A stretch of 64,000 bases of DNA from Phoronis australis (Eukaryota > Animalia > Phoronida), in contig NMRA01000788.1 in the NCBI GenBank assembly GCA_002633005.1, positions 62,001-126,000 of the forward strand, in the 5' to 3' direction. Shown here in pieces: positions 62,280 through 64,000 of this stretch. The first letter of the stretch is position 1. Every line of letters starts with the position of its first letter. Below the pieces are notes generated by a model. It saw only the letters and a list, made by a program, of their open reading frames with translations, was not told the DNA's origin and ran no database searches. Both the position numbers and the translations under genes were made by a program.

Positions 62280-64000
62280 CAGGGCTCGACGCTATTAAAA
62301 TCGCCAGGTCGCATTTTGCGACCTAGCCAAAATCCCAGGTCGCATTTTCAAAATCCAGCTCGCATTCGTAAATGCCAGGTCGCAAAATTTTCTCGCCATT
62401 TTTACGCACCAAAATAGATTTTTTAGATCATTGGGAAAATGTTTACATTATGCTCTTACCTGCAGCGTTAAATACTCACAAATTTTGGATCTCTCTGCTA
62501 CTGGCTGTCATCAAAGTCGTTAACGATTCAAACTAACTCGGGTAATGGCGAGTTTGCTCCTCAATACGGGAAAAGTAGGTCAATCACAAAACGATACGAA
62601 TGTCACTAGTGTTAATTTTCTTTCCGAGGTATAAAACAAAGCCGGGATTTGTTTTTACATATTGTGAAAAGACGTTTCTGAAAACTGAAGTTGTGTAAAA
62701 TGAAAGTGACACACCATATAAGCTGCGTGTCAATTTTAAACCACACGCGGTCGTTTGTAGTGCGCTATGATGGGCGCTAGCTTGAACTGTGGGCGCTTAA
62801 CACTTTAAAGGTAGGGAGTAGGCTTGTGCATGAGCATAGTCGTTAACCTCAGTGTTTGCGGTAATAAGATATTAAAGCGTTATAATTATACTATTTTGCG
62901 AGGCAAACTCCATCTAGTAGGGGTGGCTTTCTGGATATCGTTACCACCTACATTGTACCCTTTTAGCCACCCGGAATGATTTTGTTTTTAACTGTCCGCT
63001 TCAGCCGGAATAAGGTTGGTTCTATAGGAGTCTGAACATTTTACGGCGACGGTGGTTCGGGGAGCGAAAAGTTGCCGGGGGGTGTATAAACAGAAGAATA
63101 AAAATTTCGCTAACTTGAACCCCAAATGTCGCATCTAGTGCCAGTTTAGTTGCAATAGCTTGCTACGGGCATAGGGTTTACAGAACATCGACCTCTGGAA
63201 ACATCGGAACAGAAAACGTCAGAGGAATCTGAGTTCATTTTCAAATAAAGCAGAGCCAAGCCGGTATACTATTTCATTTAGGACTGTAGCTGTTCTTTGA
63301 AGTGGTGCGCACGCGTGAGTTCACGCACTTGAATCGCTGGAGTAGGCCTACACTTTACTCTGGCAACAACGTGTGAAAGACAAATCATATTTCGCGCGTA
63401 GCCCCAGAAACAAGTAAAGGGTTGAGAATTTCTTGGCAACTGAAAGTAAAGACGTGACCGTCATTTGGCGATTAATAAAGTTGTCATTTTCACTTTAGCT
63501 GTCTTAATACGATAAAAAGCAGCACATCTCAGTCTAAGTCACGATTGTCTGCCGCAACCGCTTGCGCGCTAACGGTGCCGCAGTGCGATATCAGGGATAT
63601 TGTCGTGGATATTTGGTACATGTAATAAGGACATCTAATATGAAAAATAAAAATTTTTGTCCACCACAAAGTTTGGTAAGTTGATCGCTTAAGAATTAGT
63701 AGAAACACCGTTGTTTTGTGAAGTTTTATCACCTGTCAAGCAGTGGCCCGAAACTTTCTTCGGCGAATCCGGGAATTTACAAAAGGGGCCGAAAGTGTTA
63801 GCCAATGAAACGCGTCAAAGATCGATTCTGCATATCCCATGTTCACGCGACTTGCTTACAAGTCATCGGGAGGGCTGTTCTCGGTTAGTGTTCTTTTGAA
63901 CTTGGATTTGGCAACAACCAAATAACGGTTGCATTAACAAGAGTTGCTTTGTATTTGCCAGGTATCTGCCAAGAAGAGTGAAAACTCAGCTCGCATTCGT
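62280..64000. mobile_element. hAT-like element running off the window end
   Basis: Starts cagggctcgacgcta, followed by ccaggtcgca subterminal repeats. cagctcgcattcgt (about 62356) recurs at 63987-64000. The terminus matches 14/15 the reverse complement of 3231-3245. Confidence 0.6.

Overview
Eukaryotic (animal) genomic DNA: AT-rich, intron-dominated and full of transposon relics. It holds one complete plus-strand protein-coding gene, a synaptotagmin-1 (Syt1) orthologue most like lophotrochozoan Syt1. The coding exons assembled by hand are 27501-27687, 34515-34696, 35528-35653, 36203-36370, 40919-41089, 42077-42194, [45435-45568 OR 46187-46320], 47906-47996 and 49803-49897. All have GT-AG junctions and consistent phases, giving 1272 nt or 423 aa (luminal N-terminus, TM helix, Cys/polybasic linker, C2A, C2B). 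The first 27 kb appear to be 5'-UTR intron sequence with candidate non-coding exons and many MITE/Helentron-type elements. A probable 3' UTR of about 3.8 kb follows the stop codon. The most unusual signals concern splicing. (1) A 58-bp tandem repeat copies the TM-exon splice acceptor nine times, and all eight upstream copies lead to a premature stop. (2) A candidate 3-nt microexon or recursive site lies in the C2A intron. (3) A GC-rich four-way RNA junction could bury the donor of one of the two mutually exclusive C2B exons. Most entries in the ORF track are spurious. No prokaryote-type system (CRISPR, operon, rRNA) is present. No database search or folding computation was run.
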